From NCBI GenBank assembly GCA_002269645.1, contig NIVC01002324.1, positions 108,816 to 172,815 of the forward strand: a DNA stretch of 64,000 nucleotides, given 5' to 3'. This stretch comes from Macrostomum lignano (taxonomy: Eukaryota). How positions within the stretch are numbered: position 1 is the stretch's first letter; each line of letters opens with the position of its first letter. Below, piece by piece: positions 12,503-23,786 of the stretch. The position numbers and the translations under genes are program-made. The notes under the pieces were generated by a model. It searched no databases. It was given only the letters and a program-made list of their open reading frames with translations, and was not told where the DNA came from.

Positions 12503-13343
12503 CGAGGGGCGTCCGGAAAGTAGTGTTACTTTTGCTTGGTGTGGACGTGTGGACAGTCACACTTGCATGTGCTTGGTGTCATTTGAAAGCGGCAAGTCTC
12601 TTCTTTAAAATGACACCAATTGCAAGAGATTTAAATCTGTGCTTCAAGAGATATGGACGATTAAGTAGAGAAAGGTCAGTCATAGACTTACAGAACCTCA
12701 AAAATGTCAACAGAAAACTTTTACGATTTTATCGATTTTTTCGTAATCATGGGCTGTCTATGGCCAAATGTGATGCAGTGAACGAGAGGGGCTGTCTCAT
12801 AAAACTACGAGACTTGTAAAACTGCTTCTGCTGCGCCTGCAAAGTTTATTGACATTCAATTTTCCATTGTGAACTGCAAATGGATGTGCATTCAAAGACT
12901 GGGCAGCGACATGCCATCTTTACACTTTGGAGCTCCGGAACCAAATCGGCTGACATCCACAGGCAACTTTGCACAGCTCATGGCGACCATGCTGTCAGCA
13001 AGATGACAAGTCTGCCAACCGATGAATGATTTTAATGTTGTTCGCTTGTGTGATAATTTGCTTGTTATCTGTTTCACCTGCTTCTGTACTGTACTGTTGT
13101 GTTTTTTGTTTTTTCTGGAGTAATTACGCTCGTGATAAAAGTTTTCTGTTGACATTTTTAAGGTTCTGTAAGTCTATGACTGACCTTTCTCTACTTAATC
13201 GTCCATATCTCTTGAAGCACAGATTCAAATCTCTTGCAATTGGTGTCATTTTAAAGAAGAGACTTGCCGCTTTCAAATGACACCAAGCACATGCAAGTGT
13301 GACTGTCCATACGTCCACACCAAGCAAAAGTAACACTACTTTC
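12503..13343. mobile_element. Mariner-like foldback MITE with ~208-bp inverted arms; right tip truncated
   Basis: Left end TA|CGAGGGGCGTCCGGAAAGT resembles mariner termini. Arms 12516-12723 and 13136-13343 are near-identical inverted copies (identical ORF fragments on opposite strands in the track). The outer 13 bp of the right TIR are missing. Confidence 0.8.
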
Positions 13344-13374
13344 TTAAGGTTGGTAACATTACTTAGGTTGGTGT

Positions 13375-14050
13375 CTCTTCAACTCTCATCTCTCTCTTCT
13401 TCTCTACCTTGCCTCCCCTCTTCTCTCTCTCCCCCTTTTCCCTCTTCTCTCTCCTCTCATTTTTACTCTCCTCTCTTCTCCCCCTTTCTCTCTACCCTTT
13501 CTCCTCAATGCCCTCTTCTCTCCTCTTATCTTCAGCAAAAATATGTGCATATTTTCTTACTTCAAAGTAGAGGGAATAGAAGATTAGAGATAAGCAAACA
13601 GAGGAGAGGCGAGCGATGCGATGGGAGAAAAGATAGAATAGGAGAGAAAAGCTGAGGGAGGAAAAAGAGATGAGAGAGAAGAGGAGATGAGAGGAAAGAG
13701 GAAAGAAAAGATGATGGATGAGATCAGAAGAGAGGAAAGAGGAAAGAGAAGAAAGTAGATGAGAGAAGAGAGGATAAAGAGGAGATGAGAGGAGAGTGAA
13801 GAGAGGAGAGATGAGAGAGTAGAAAAGAGAGGAGAGATAAGATGAGAGAGTAGAGTGGAGAGAGACGAGAGGGAAGATAAGATGAGAGTAGAGTGGAATG
13901 GAGAGAGACGAGAGGAGAGATAAGAAAGTAGAGAGGAGACAGAAGAGATAGGAGAGGAGAGGAAAGAGAGGAGAGAGGAGAGGAAAGAGAGAAAGGATAA
14001 GGGATGAGAGAGAAAAGAAAAAGAGGATGAGAAGATTGAGGAATGGAGAG
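13375..14050. repeat. CT-rich tract followed by a GA-rich tract (inverted low-complexity pair)
   Basis: Pyrimidine tract ~13375-13550; purine tract ~13575-14050. Confidence 0.85.
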
Positions 14051-14731
14051 AATTTGCAAAGGCCTCAAATCTTAGTTTAACATGCATTACTCCCATCTTT
14101 GCCTTTTTCTTAACTGTTAACAAGTTTTTGTTTGAGCATGACTTCAAATTTAGAATCTATGCAAAAATAGTTCCGGGAAATAGAATTCAGTGGTTTAAAA
14201 ATCTGTGGGTTTTCACAGCTTGTATCTCTACTGGATTCGTATTCTGCATCTGATGAGCCATCTGAATCAGGGCTCTCATCTTCCATGCCAAATCGTCTAG
14301 CAAATCGTTCTTGAGCTATAGGTCACACTGTATTCACTTCACTTACTTCTGGACATTCATGAATCATGACTTTTGTAGTATGCTCACTACACTGTACTGA
14401 CAATTTACTAATTGCTTCATGCCGCCACTAGATGACATACTGATTAGCTGTTATAAAAACGCCGAATCTGCACGCAGCACTAATTAGCTGGCGAGGCATT
14501 TAGCTTTAAAAATATGGTCATAGTTACTCCTGCCGTTTACCTAACGTTTTTGCTTGGCTATTTTATAGGTAAGTCGCATTTTTTATCGAAAACTAAGTCG
14601 CACGGCCAGCGTAATTTCAGAAGTTGCGCATGTATGCACAATTCACTATCGACTTTTGCCGAAAATTCTTTCACCAAAGTGGGTTGAAACCTAGCAATTC
14701 AAATGTGGAATCTGCCCTACTTGACTGGTAT

Positions 14732-15405
14732 TAGAGCTGTCACAAGATCTTGATGAGACAAGATTTGAGACAAGATCTCGACATTTTTTCTTATCTCGAG
14801 AAATCTCAAATTTTGTCAAGAAATTCAAGACGAGATTCAAGAATTTTTCTGATATCTTTTTTCAAAAGCTTTTAAGTGATAAAATATAAAAAGGGGAGCA
14901 AATTTTCATATAAATATAACTGTTTGTTGTAACACGCTTGATAGGGCAATTTTCAAATGGTAAAATCTAGCCAATGTCGAGCAGTTTTGGTTATTTAACG
15001 AACATCATTATATACAAGCTTGCATTGCATATGCGCTCTTTTAGTTATCATTTCAGTTCTGCAGCAAGGTGTATCATAGCAGACTCGAAGACAGTTAGAC
15101 AATCTACATAGGTCTTTTGACGAATTAGTAATAGACATAGTAGGGTCAAGGGCCTATATGCTACAAGCATAAATGCTTATGAATAAATAGCAAAGAATTA
15201 AAACTAGAATTAAAAAAGTATTCTGGAAAATCTAAAAAATATATTTTAGAATTGTATCTTATCAAGAAATTTAAGACAAGATGCAATTCTGAAATATATT
15301 TTTTTTAGATTTACTTCATCTTGTCTCGTCTTGAAATTCTCGACTTATAAGCCTTTCTTGTCTCGAATCTCGTCTCAAATAAAATCTCTAATTTTGACAG
15401 CTCTA
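14732..15405. mobile_element. hAT-type MITE (674 bp)
   Basis: TIR TAGAGCTGTCA / TGACAGCTCTA. Perfect 8-bp TSD ACTGGTAT (14724-14731, 15406-15413). Subterminal GAGACAAGAT/CTTGTCTC repeats. Confidence 0.92.
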
Positions 15406-15554
15406 ACTGGTATTATCAACTAATTTTAAATTAACCCATTCTAAGAAAAATCTTCTCCATCCCTACCTCAATACTATGGCACTTTCCTGCATAATTAATT
15501 CAATTTCAGATTTCTACTTCAATTTAAAACTCTTTACTTTACTTAGTCTAGGCT

Positions 15555-16367
15555 CCATAGTTGGGATTATACTTGGTGCATGCCAAACAAAAATTTAAGA
15601 GTTATATCTTTTTTCCACTTAATACTAGGCCTAACTCTTCCGCAAGATTCTATGAAGTGCATGCCAGGTATGCATACTATGCAGGCACATAATTTTCTTA
15701 AGAATCATGCCACAGCCAGGAAGACGGTAGAATCCTCGGAATTTTCCGGCGCAAATCAGCAATTTGCCGGCGCACGGCGCACACTTCACTGCGCCGCGCG
15801 CATGGGCTCGGCGCATCGGCGCATGGCTCGGTGCATCGGTGCATGGCTCGGCGCATGGCGCACAAGGTACGTCAGTGTACGTGAGAATATAATAATGAAT
15901 GATAAAAAACGTATATTAAATGTCAATCAATCAATAAAATAAACAATAGTCGATACGATAGTCGTTATTTCCAATGTTGTTTCTATTTCAAATTTTATTA
16001 ATCGACTTAACAAACTTAACAAATTTGCGCCTTTCGCGGCTTTTGTTGCATCTTTTTGCTTATATTTTGCAAATAGAAGCCATGATTGAACTGCTTGAAC
16101 TTCCATTGATATTGATTCAATTTAGATACTTAATACTTGATGGTGCTTTTTCAAGTGTATTTTTCTCGGCGCATGGCGCACAAGTAATTTTTTTTTCTCG
16201 GCGCACGCGGCGCACAACAAAAATTTTGATGGATGTTATTCCGGCGCACACGCTGCACCTTCCTGACCATGGGAATCATGCAACCAACTATGTGCGCCTA
16301 AATTTAGGCATGCAAGGCCAATACATATCCAAATGTTTGGGCATACTCTACATGATCCTGAGTGTGG
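15555..16367 (-). mobile_element. Non-autonomous DNA element of a CCAYA-terminus family; inverted relative of 43253-44719
   Basis: Perfect 8-bp TSD TCTAGGCT (15547-15554, 16368-16375). Degenerate TIRs CCATAGTTGGGATTAT / CCACACTCAGGATCATG. Both ends align to the reverse complement of the 43-44 kb element. Confidence 0.85.
15710..16272. mobile_element. 563-bp MITE nested in the preceding element
   Basis: TIR CCACAGCCAGGAAG / CCATGGTCAGGAAG. Perfect 8-bp TSD GAATCATG (15702-15709, 16273-16280). Subterminal GGCGCA repeats. The homologous site in the 43-kb copy is empty. Confidence 0.82.
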
Positions 16368-17214
16368 TCTAGGCTCAATTTATCTAAAGATGTCAAGACA
16401 CCTCAGCTTAGCATTTGTCATGTCAATAAAAAAGAAATATGTTCTGCAAATTAAAGACCTTCAACTTAAAAAATAATGGCAAATTGCATTCCATGAATTA
16501 GAAAGACGTCTAAGGCCTAGTCTAGTTAACATTCGAACGCCGAATACACATTTTAGAGTCAATTTTGAGGCCTATCAAGGAGAACCATTATTTAGCCTAC
16601 ACTAAACCAGATAGATCATAGGCCTAGGTGAGTAGGTCCTAGGACAGTTAAAACATAAACCATAAAATTGAAATAATTTTTGTAAAAAAGAACTAAATAG
16701 CGAAGAGTAATACTAACGCACTTGGCAATCTCTTGCGGAATATTTAATCGGATGTCAATGGTTTTAAGTCGATATTTTTCGTGAGGTGAGACAGATAACA
16801 GATGTAGAAGAATCAAATATCAGTAAAAATTATTGTTTTTTTCTTTACATCAAATTTTCTTGTACAAGATCGTTTGTATGCTGTATTTTTTAAGTCCACG
16901 TTTAATGTCTGTTTTCATAGCAAAATACACAAAACAATGTTTTATAAGCGGATACATGTATTTTCCTAAAAAAACTTTTGTTATACCTTTTGTTTACAAA
17001 TATAATGGATCCGTAAATGCCCTTAGTTTCTTGATTGCTTTTCGGCCAGACTTCCCCAATTATTTTATTAATATTATAAAGATTTGGATTGACAGTTTAT
17101 AATTTTACGTCTAGATTGACTATACTGGAACAAGGACCACTGTATACGAGCGTACACACAGCTATTATACAGTGGTCCTTTTATACAGGAATTCAATATA
17201 GACAGATAAAGGAG

Positions 17215-17393
17215 CAGTAGCGGATTTAGAGGGGGGCGCACAGGGCGCGCGCCCCCCCGTTGAGTTTGATTTTTTTGACTTTTTATATAGAAAATACACA
17301 TTTATCATGAACACATACGTGTACATGATATGCATATATATGTACCTTAGTAGTCTGTGCCCCCCCGTTCAAAATTTTCTGGATCCGCTACTG
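17215..17393. mobile_element. hAT-type MITE (179 bp)
   Basis: TIR CAGTAGCGGAT / ATCCGCTACTG. Perfect 8-bp TSD TAAAGGAG (17207-17214, 17394-17401). Confidence 0.92.
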
Positions 17394-17599
17394 TAAAGGA
17401 GTAGGATTGTTGGTTTATGGATTTGGATCTAACCTGTGGATTTCGATCCCAACCTGCATTTACAAGATTTATGTATATTTACATTATTTCACGTTATTTT
17501 TATTAATGTATGTATATATATTTACAGGATTACAGGATATACTATATGTATATGTAAGTGCCACTGTAGATCAGCAGTTTAAAGGATTGAATTGGCCAG

Positions 17600-18630
17600 G
17601 TCTTATGATTTGAATTCGGCTTAAGCAGGCGCAGCTTCGCCATCCGGGCCGAAGTGGGGACTGCAGGGACCGCCAAATCTTGTGACCCGTAATGGAAATA
17701 AAGAACGTTGTTTTAGGGCGCCAAAATAATGAGTTTCTGCGGTGCCAATCAGTATTTGGAACACCGATTTCCAAAAAATCTAGGAATTTTCGTTTGGGAT
17801 TCGCGGTTTTGTACGTCTTCCCAACCATTAAAATCCATGGTGACACCGCTGCATCAAATAGAAATCAAATATACCTTCTTGTAGCACGAATGCAAAATAC
17901 GCTAATTATAGTTGGCTGGGGATCAAAAGGATATACACGTACTTCATCTCCAAAGTCTCAGCAGGACCGTAGGCAAAAAATGGACAGACTCCATATCGGC
18001 ACCAATTGATTAATGAGCCTTTTGTCTTGCCGACAGAAATTGAAAAGGAATTCCTGCGAGGATCACGATCATTATTCATGTGATCTCTGCCAGGCCGCGG
18101 CCGCTATCAAGTATAGAAGACGTTTGTTCGTGTTGTAATTTTCTGCAGAGCGGCTCGATTGATTTATGATGGCCTGTCGCTGGGGCACTGCCGTTCGGGA
18201 TGGTGGGATCGGGGAGTCAATAGTTGTAGCAGCTTCTGACCAGCGCGAATAGTTTTGGCGCCGGAATCGTAAATCAAGCGGTGGGGAGTTGAGCGCGCGG
18301 GGTCCAGAGGGGATGGGGTCAGCTCTCCATCTCCCTGGCGGCTGGAACCGAATGCCAAATACAGAAAATGGCGCTTCGCGCAACCAGCAGCAATTTGCGC
18401 GGATCGTCACGTGTTGCGCATAATGCATGGCATTAACTTCTTCTGCTTCTGCGCGTTGTGTCTTGACCTCTTGTATTAGGCATCATCATCATGTGGCGCT
18501 TGTGGGCCGACTTTCTAAATTTAGGTCTCGAACCAATTTTGCTTGCTTGTAAGTGCAAATTTAGTTACATAGGGCAATACTTTTTTGCACGTGACGCTGT
18601 GGTGATGCACTCCAACAGGCTGCCTACTTT
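17600..18630. promoter_or_regulatory. CpG-rich non-repetitive island; candidate promoter or first non-coding exon (possibly of SIN3)
   Basis: Locally high CpG; YY1-like AAAATGGCG (~18366), E2F-like TTTTGGCGC (~18253), CACGTG boxes; minus-strand donor GAA|GTACGT at 17943/17942. Assignment to SIN3 is inference. Confidence 0.35.
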
Positions 18631-18689
18631 GTGAGTGAGGGTGAGAGTTGTAGGGGTTTTCTCTCCGGCGTTCAGAGGCGATTTGCTCA

Positions 18690-18890
18690 TTTCTACTCTC
18701 TACTTTCTCCACTCCCTCCTCTCTCTCCCCCTCTTCCCCTCTCTCCCCTCCTTCCCCTCTCCTCTCTTTCCCCTCTTTCCCCTCTCTCCCCTCCTTCCCC
18801 TCTCCTCTCTTTCCCCTCTATCCTCTCTCTCCCCTCCTTCCCCTCTCCTCTCTTTCCTCTCTCTCCCTCTCTCCTTTCCTCTCTCCTAGG
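18690..18890. repeat. CT-rich low-complexity tract
   Basis: Direct reading. Confidence 0.85.
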
Positions 18891-19399
18891 CCTCTCTCAT
18901 ATCACTTCTACTCTTTCTTCTACTTTACTTCCTTTTTCTCTACCCCAGCTAATTGCATTCTCATCTCCCTCTTTTGTTCCCGTATCTCTCCTCAAACCTC
19001 TCTTTTCTCCCATACTGGTTTTTCTCCCCTCCATCATCTTCCAGTCTCCTCTCTATTTCTACCTGATTCTGAGCTCCATGTCTCACTTCCATCTGCACGT
19101 GTTCCCTTACATTATAAGCTTAAAGTTACTCACAGAAAAATCATGCATTAGATCCAGGACAAAATTAATTTTCATAGTCATAATTTTTCAGTCCTCCGAT
19201 GTTGCTGCAGCGGGTCACGTGGACAGGGCAATCATGTTCTCAACCCCAATGCCTGCGTGACTATTGGCCAGGCCTTGGCACGACAACTGAAGGCAATAAA
19301 ATATGATTTGTTGCACCACTGGTAGAGGGACTACGGGACGGGTCATTGTGGGACGAGAAAGCCTTTTGAACGAGAATGCCACGGAATGCCTAGTCTGCT

Positions 19400-19922
19400 T
19401 TTATCTATCTATCTATCTAGCTAGCATTTATCTAGCTAGTATCTATCTAGCTAGTATCTATCTAGCTAGTATCTATCTAACTAGCATCTCTCTATCTAGT
19501 ATCTATCTAACTAGCATCTCTCTATCTAGCATCTATCTAGCTTGCATCTATCTAGCTAGCATCTCTCTAGCTAGCATCTATCTAGCTAGCATCTCTCTAT
19601 CTAGCATCTATCTAGCTTGCATCTATCTAGCTAGCATCTCTCTAGCTAGCATCTATCTAGCTAGCATCTCTCTAGCTAGCATCTATCTAGCTAGCAAGCT
19701 AGCATTTATCTAGCTATCATCTATCTAGCTAGTATCTCTCTAGCTAGCATCTACTCGTATCTAGCTAGCATCTATCTAGCTAGCATCTATCTATCTAGCA
19801 TCTCTCTAGCTAGCATCTATCTGGCTTGCTTCTATCTAGCTAGCATCAATCTAGCTTGCATCTATCTAGCTAGCATCTATCTAGCTTGCATCTATCTAGC
19901 TAGCATCTCTCTAGCTAGCATA
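19400..19922. repeat. 15-bp minisatellite (ATCTATCTAGCTAGC), left arm of an inverted pair
   Basis: Direct reading; encodes periodic SIYLA in the ORF track. Confidence 0.92.
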
Positions 19923-20424
19923 TAAGACCATGACCAGTCGAACCAATACTAGGCTGCTACATTAGAGAGCTGAAGTGAAATGATGTGTCTGGATTTCTAT
20001 TTACTGTTCCAGCTAAAGTTCAACCATAGACAAAATGTTTGCCCGAGAAATCTAGGCATTATAAAACTGCTTCTCTGCGTAGGTCAGCAGGGCAGTGCTG
20101 GCCATAGACTATGGCTGTTAATTCAGCACTCTTTCTATATGCAAAACACTAAGCTTTGCTGTGCTTTTGTCTGGGAAACACCCAGTTTTCCGTGTTAGCC
20201 CTGGGTTCGCTTAAGCACGTGGCCGTCTAGAAAAGAAGGATAGCTTGAAACCCAAACCCAAAAGCAGACAAGGTTGTAAATCAATTGCTGCGTTGCTTTG
20301 CAGGCAGAGCCGGCAGTGACTTTACAGGGGCAGGGGCGGGGTTGGCAGAATTTTATAGTTTAACTATGGCTGCTTTGAGTGGCAACCGCCCTATGCAGAT
20401 GACGGTAAAAAGGGACCAAGTCGA

Positions 20425-21456
20425 TTTATCTATCTAGCCACAGAAATAAATGCTGGATGCTAGCTATACTCGTAGATAGATGCTAGCTATAGAGAGATTC
20501 GAGCTAGATAGATAGATGCTATAAATAGATAGATGCTAGCTTGATAAATGCTAGCTAGATAGATGCTAGCTGGATAGATGCTAGCCAGATAGATGCTAGC
20601 TAGATAGATGCTAGCCAGATAAATGCTAGCTAGATAGATGCTAGCCAGATAAATGCTAGCCAGATAGATGCTAGCCAGATAGATGCTAGCTAGATAGATG
20701 CTAGCCAGATAAATGCTAGCTAGATAGATGCTAGCCAGATAAATGCTAGCTAGATAAATGCTAGCTAGATAGATGCTAGCCAGATAAATGCTAGCTAGAT
20801 AGATGCTAGCCAGATAAATGCTAGCCAGATAGATGCTAGCCAGATAGATGCTAGCTAGATAGATGCTAGCCAGATAAATGCTAGCTAGATAGATGCTAGC
20901 CAGATAGATGCTAGCTAGATAAATGCTAGCTAGATAGATGCTAGCCAGATAAATGCTAGCTAGATAGATGCTAGCTAGATAGATGCTAGCCAGATAGATG
21001 CTAGCCAGATAGATGCTAGCTAGATAGATGCTAGCCAGATAAATGCTAGCTAGATAGATGCTAGCTAGATAGATGCTAGCCAGATAAATGCTAGCTAGAT
21101 AGATGCTAGCCAGATAGATGCTAGCCAGATAGATGCTAGCTAGATAGATGCTAGCCAGATAAATGCTAGCTAGATAGATGCTAGCTAGATAGATGCTAGC
21201 CAGATAGATGCTAGCCAGATAGATGCTAGCTAGATAGATGCTAGCCAGATAAATGCTAGCTAGATAGATGCTAGCTAGATAGATGCTAGCCAGATAGATG
21301 CTAGCTAGAAAGATGCTAGCTAGAAAGATGCTAGCTAGATAGATGTTGGCTATTAGATAGATGCTAAATAGATAGATGCTAGCCAGATAGATGCTAGCTA
21401 GATAGATGCTAGATAGATAGATGTTAGCTATAGATAGATGCTAGCTAGATAAATGC
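20425..21456. repeat. 15-bp minisatellite (TAGATAGATGCTAGC), right arm; reverse complement of 19400-19922
   Basis: Direct reading; 60-bp higher-order periodicity. Confidence 0.92.
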
Positions 21457-21954
21457 TCATTTTTCTCGATTTTTACTGGCAGTTGGAAAGTAAAAATGGA
21501 GTGCAGAGAATTGATTTTATTTTCCATGCTCAGTCAAATACCGAAGGCCCAGTGGACTTCCAATCCAGATAGCTGAATACCGGCAGTCCATGAAAACTGC
21601 GCCAAAGCGGCTGACTGATTTATGCCCCGACAGCCGCCCAGGTACAAAAAGCTGCAACACACACGCGGTCTATTTGAATAATTGGCCCGCCGTTCCGCAG
21701 TGCTGCAGAGCCGTCTCCGCTTTGACAGGCCCGGATGCTAATAAAAAACCTCCCTGACCCGATAGAGCGGCATAAATCAAAGGAAATTTGGATGGTATTA
21801 AGGGGGCTACGGGGTTGGCGGCAACAACTGTGCTCGCATCTGCGATTACCTTTACCTGGGCTTGACGGCATGGAGCTGATATTGCAGTTCATTTGCATAG
21901 TTAGCGCCAATGTGCATCCAAGTTGGATGGAGTTGGCGCCAGTGTGCATCTAGT

Positions 21955-22950
21955 GATTGGAGTTGATTTGCAATGTACATCTAGCGATTGGATTTGATTT
22001 TCAATGTACATCTAGCGATTGGATTTGATTTTCAATGTACATCTAGCGATTGGATTTGATTTGCAATGTACATCTAGAGATTGGAGTTGATTTGCAATGT
22101 ACATCTAGTGATTGGAGTTGATTTGCAATGTAAATCTAGCGATTGGATTTGATTTGCAATGTACATCTAGTGATTGGAGTTGATTTGCAATGTACATCTA
22201 GCGATTGGATTTGATTTGCAATGTACATCTAGCGATTGGAGTTGATTTGCAATGTACATCTAGCGATTGGATTTGATTTGCAATGTACATCTAGCGATTG
22301 GATTTGATTTGCAATGTACATCTAGTGATTGGAAGTGGTCCTGCAATGTACATCTAGCGATTGGAGTTGATTTGCAATGTACATCTAGCGATTGGATTTG
22401 ATTTGCAATGTACATCTAGCGATTGGAGTTGATTTGCAATGTACATCTAGCGATTGGATTTGATTTGCAATGTACATCTAGCGATTGGATTTGATTTGCA
22501 ATGTGGTAGCGATTGGATTTGATTTGCAATGTACATCTAGTGATTGGAAGTGGTCCTGCAATGTGCATCTAGTGATTGGAGTTGATTTGCAATGTACATA
22601 TAGTGATTGGAATTGACGCCAATGTGCATCTAGTGATTCGAGCTGGCGCCAATGTACATCTAGTGATTGGAGTTGGCGCCATTGTACATCTAGTGATTGG
22701 AATTGACGCCAATGTACATCTAGTGATTGGAATTGGCGCCATTGTACATCTAGTGATTGGAATTGACGCCAATGTACATCTAGTGATTGGAATTGGCGCC
22801 ATTGTACATCTAGTGATTGGAATTGGCGCCATTGTACATCTAGTGATTGGAGTTGGTGCCATTGTACATCTAGTGATTGGAGTTGGTGCCATTGTACATC
22901 TAGTGATTGGAGTGGGCGCCAATGTGCATCTAGTGATTGGAGTTGGCGCC
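21955..22950. repeat. Minisatellite in which a 31-bp unit grades into a related 30-bp unit
   Basis: TAGCGATTGGATTTGATTTGCAATGTACATC on the left; TAGTGATTGGAATTGGCGCCATTGTACATC on the right. Confidence 0.92.
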
Positions 22951-23488
22951 ATCGCTGTGGCAGCAATGTGCCAATGAGAAGAAGAAACATGTCTATTAAT
23001 TAATTAGCAATCGCAACTATTAACAACAGTGCCGCAAATGCTGCAAAAATTTATTTGGATAAAAAAGCGCAAATTTTGTGGCATCCAGAAATGAATACGG
23101 AGTTAAAGACGGCGGCTCCCGATTCAGCGTAGGTACAAATTTTTAGATGCAGAATAGCTTATGACAGTAATTAGCGATTAGAGAGAAAAGTAGCAAGTAA
23201 TTAGGCAGACAATTTACTAATTTGCTTGGCAATTATTTAGCAGCTCTGTTTTGATTAAGGCAAAGGTGAAATAAACCAATCAGCTACGAGTGTATATAGA
23301 GAAAAACTATCGAGTGGGGACAATTTTGGCGCGAATTTAAATTGAATTTGACGGCGTTTTGTTTCTCTAGTTTATCTTGGCGGGAATTTAAACTTTGACT
23401 TTATATCGTGTTGAATAACCAGATCAACTGTTAAGTTGTCTGCAATATGACATTGGGGAGCGGGAGAGTCAGATAGCAGGTTAATTAG

Positions 23489-23755
23489 TCACCACCAGAT
23501 CGGCTTGCTACCGGCTGCCGCAGCTGCTGCTCCTGCACCGAAGAAGTACTCAAAGAAAGCCAGGCTGCTTTGAGGCTGCTGTTGATGTTGCTGCTGCTGC
23601 TGCTGCTGCTGCAACGCCGCAGATCCCCGGCCACCTCTGCTGCTGCCGCCGCTTCCGCCAGGGCACTTGCCCTTGCTCACGTGCAGCCTCACCTGGCCTT
23701 TGTTGGCGAACGGCCTGCTGCAGAACTGGCAGCGAATCTTCTTTTTCGTCTGGGA

Positions 23756-23786
<31 letters not shown>

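Larger units (their letters stand above)
11649..14636. mobile_element. Non-autonomous DNA transposon with 8-bp TSD and CA termini (P-like or hAT-like), nested in the MULE-like element
   Basis: Perfect 15-bp TIR CATACATGCGCAACT (11649-11663 / 14622-14636). Perfect TSD CACAATTC (11641-11648, 14637-14644). TAAGTCGC motif near both ends and expanded at 11860-12270. Confidence 0.88.
11073..14691. mobile_element. Mutator(MULE)-like non-autonomous element (outer layer of a nest)
   Basis: Imperfect ~38-bp TIRs starting with GG (GGGTGCAGCCCATTTTGGCGAAGGAATTTTCGG vs reverse complement GGTTTCAACCCACTTTGGTGAAAGAATTTTCGG). 9-bp TSD TAGCAATTT (11064-11072) / TAGCAATTC (14692-14700). Confidence 0.75.
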
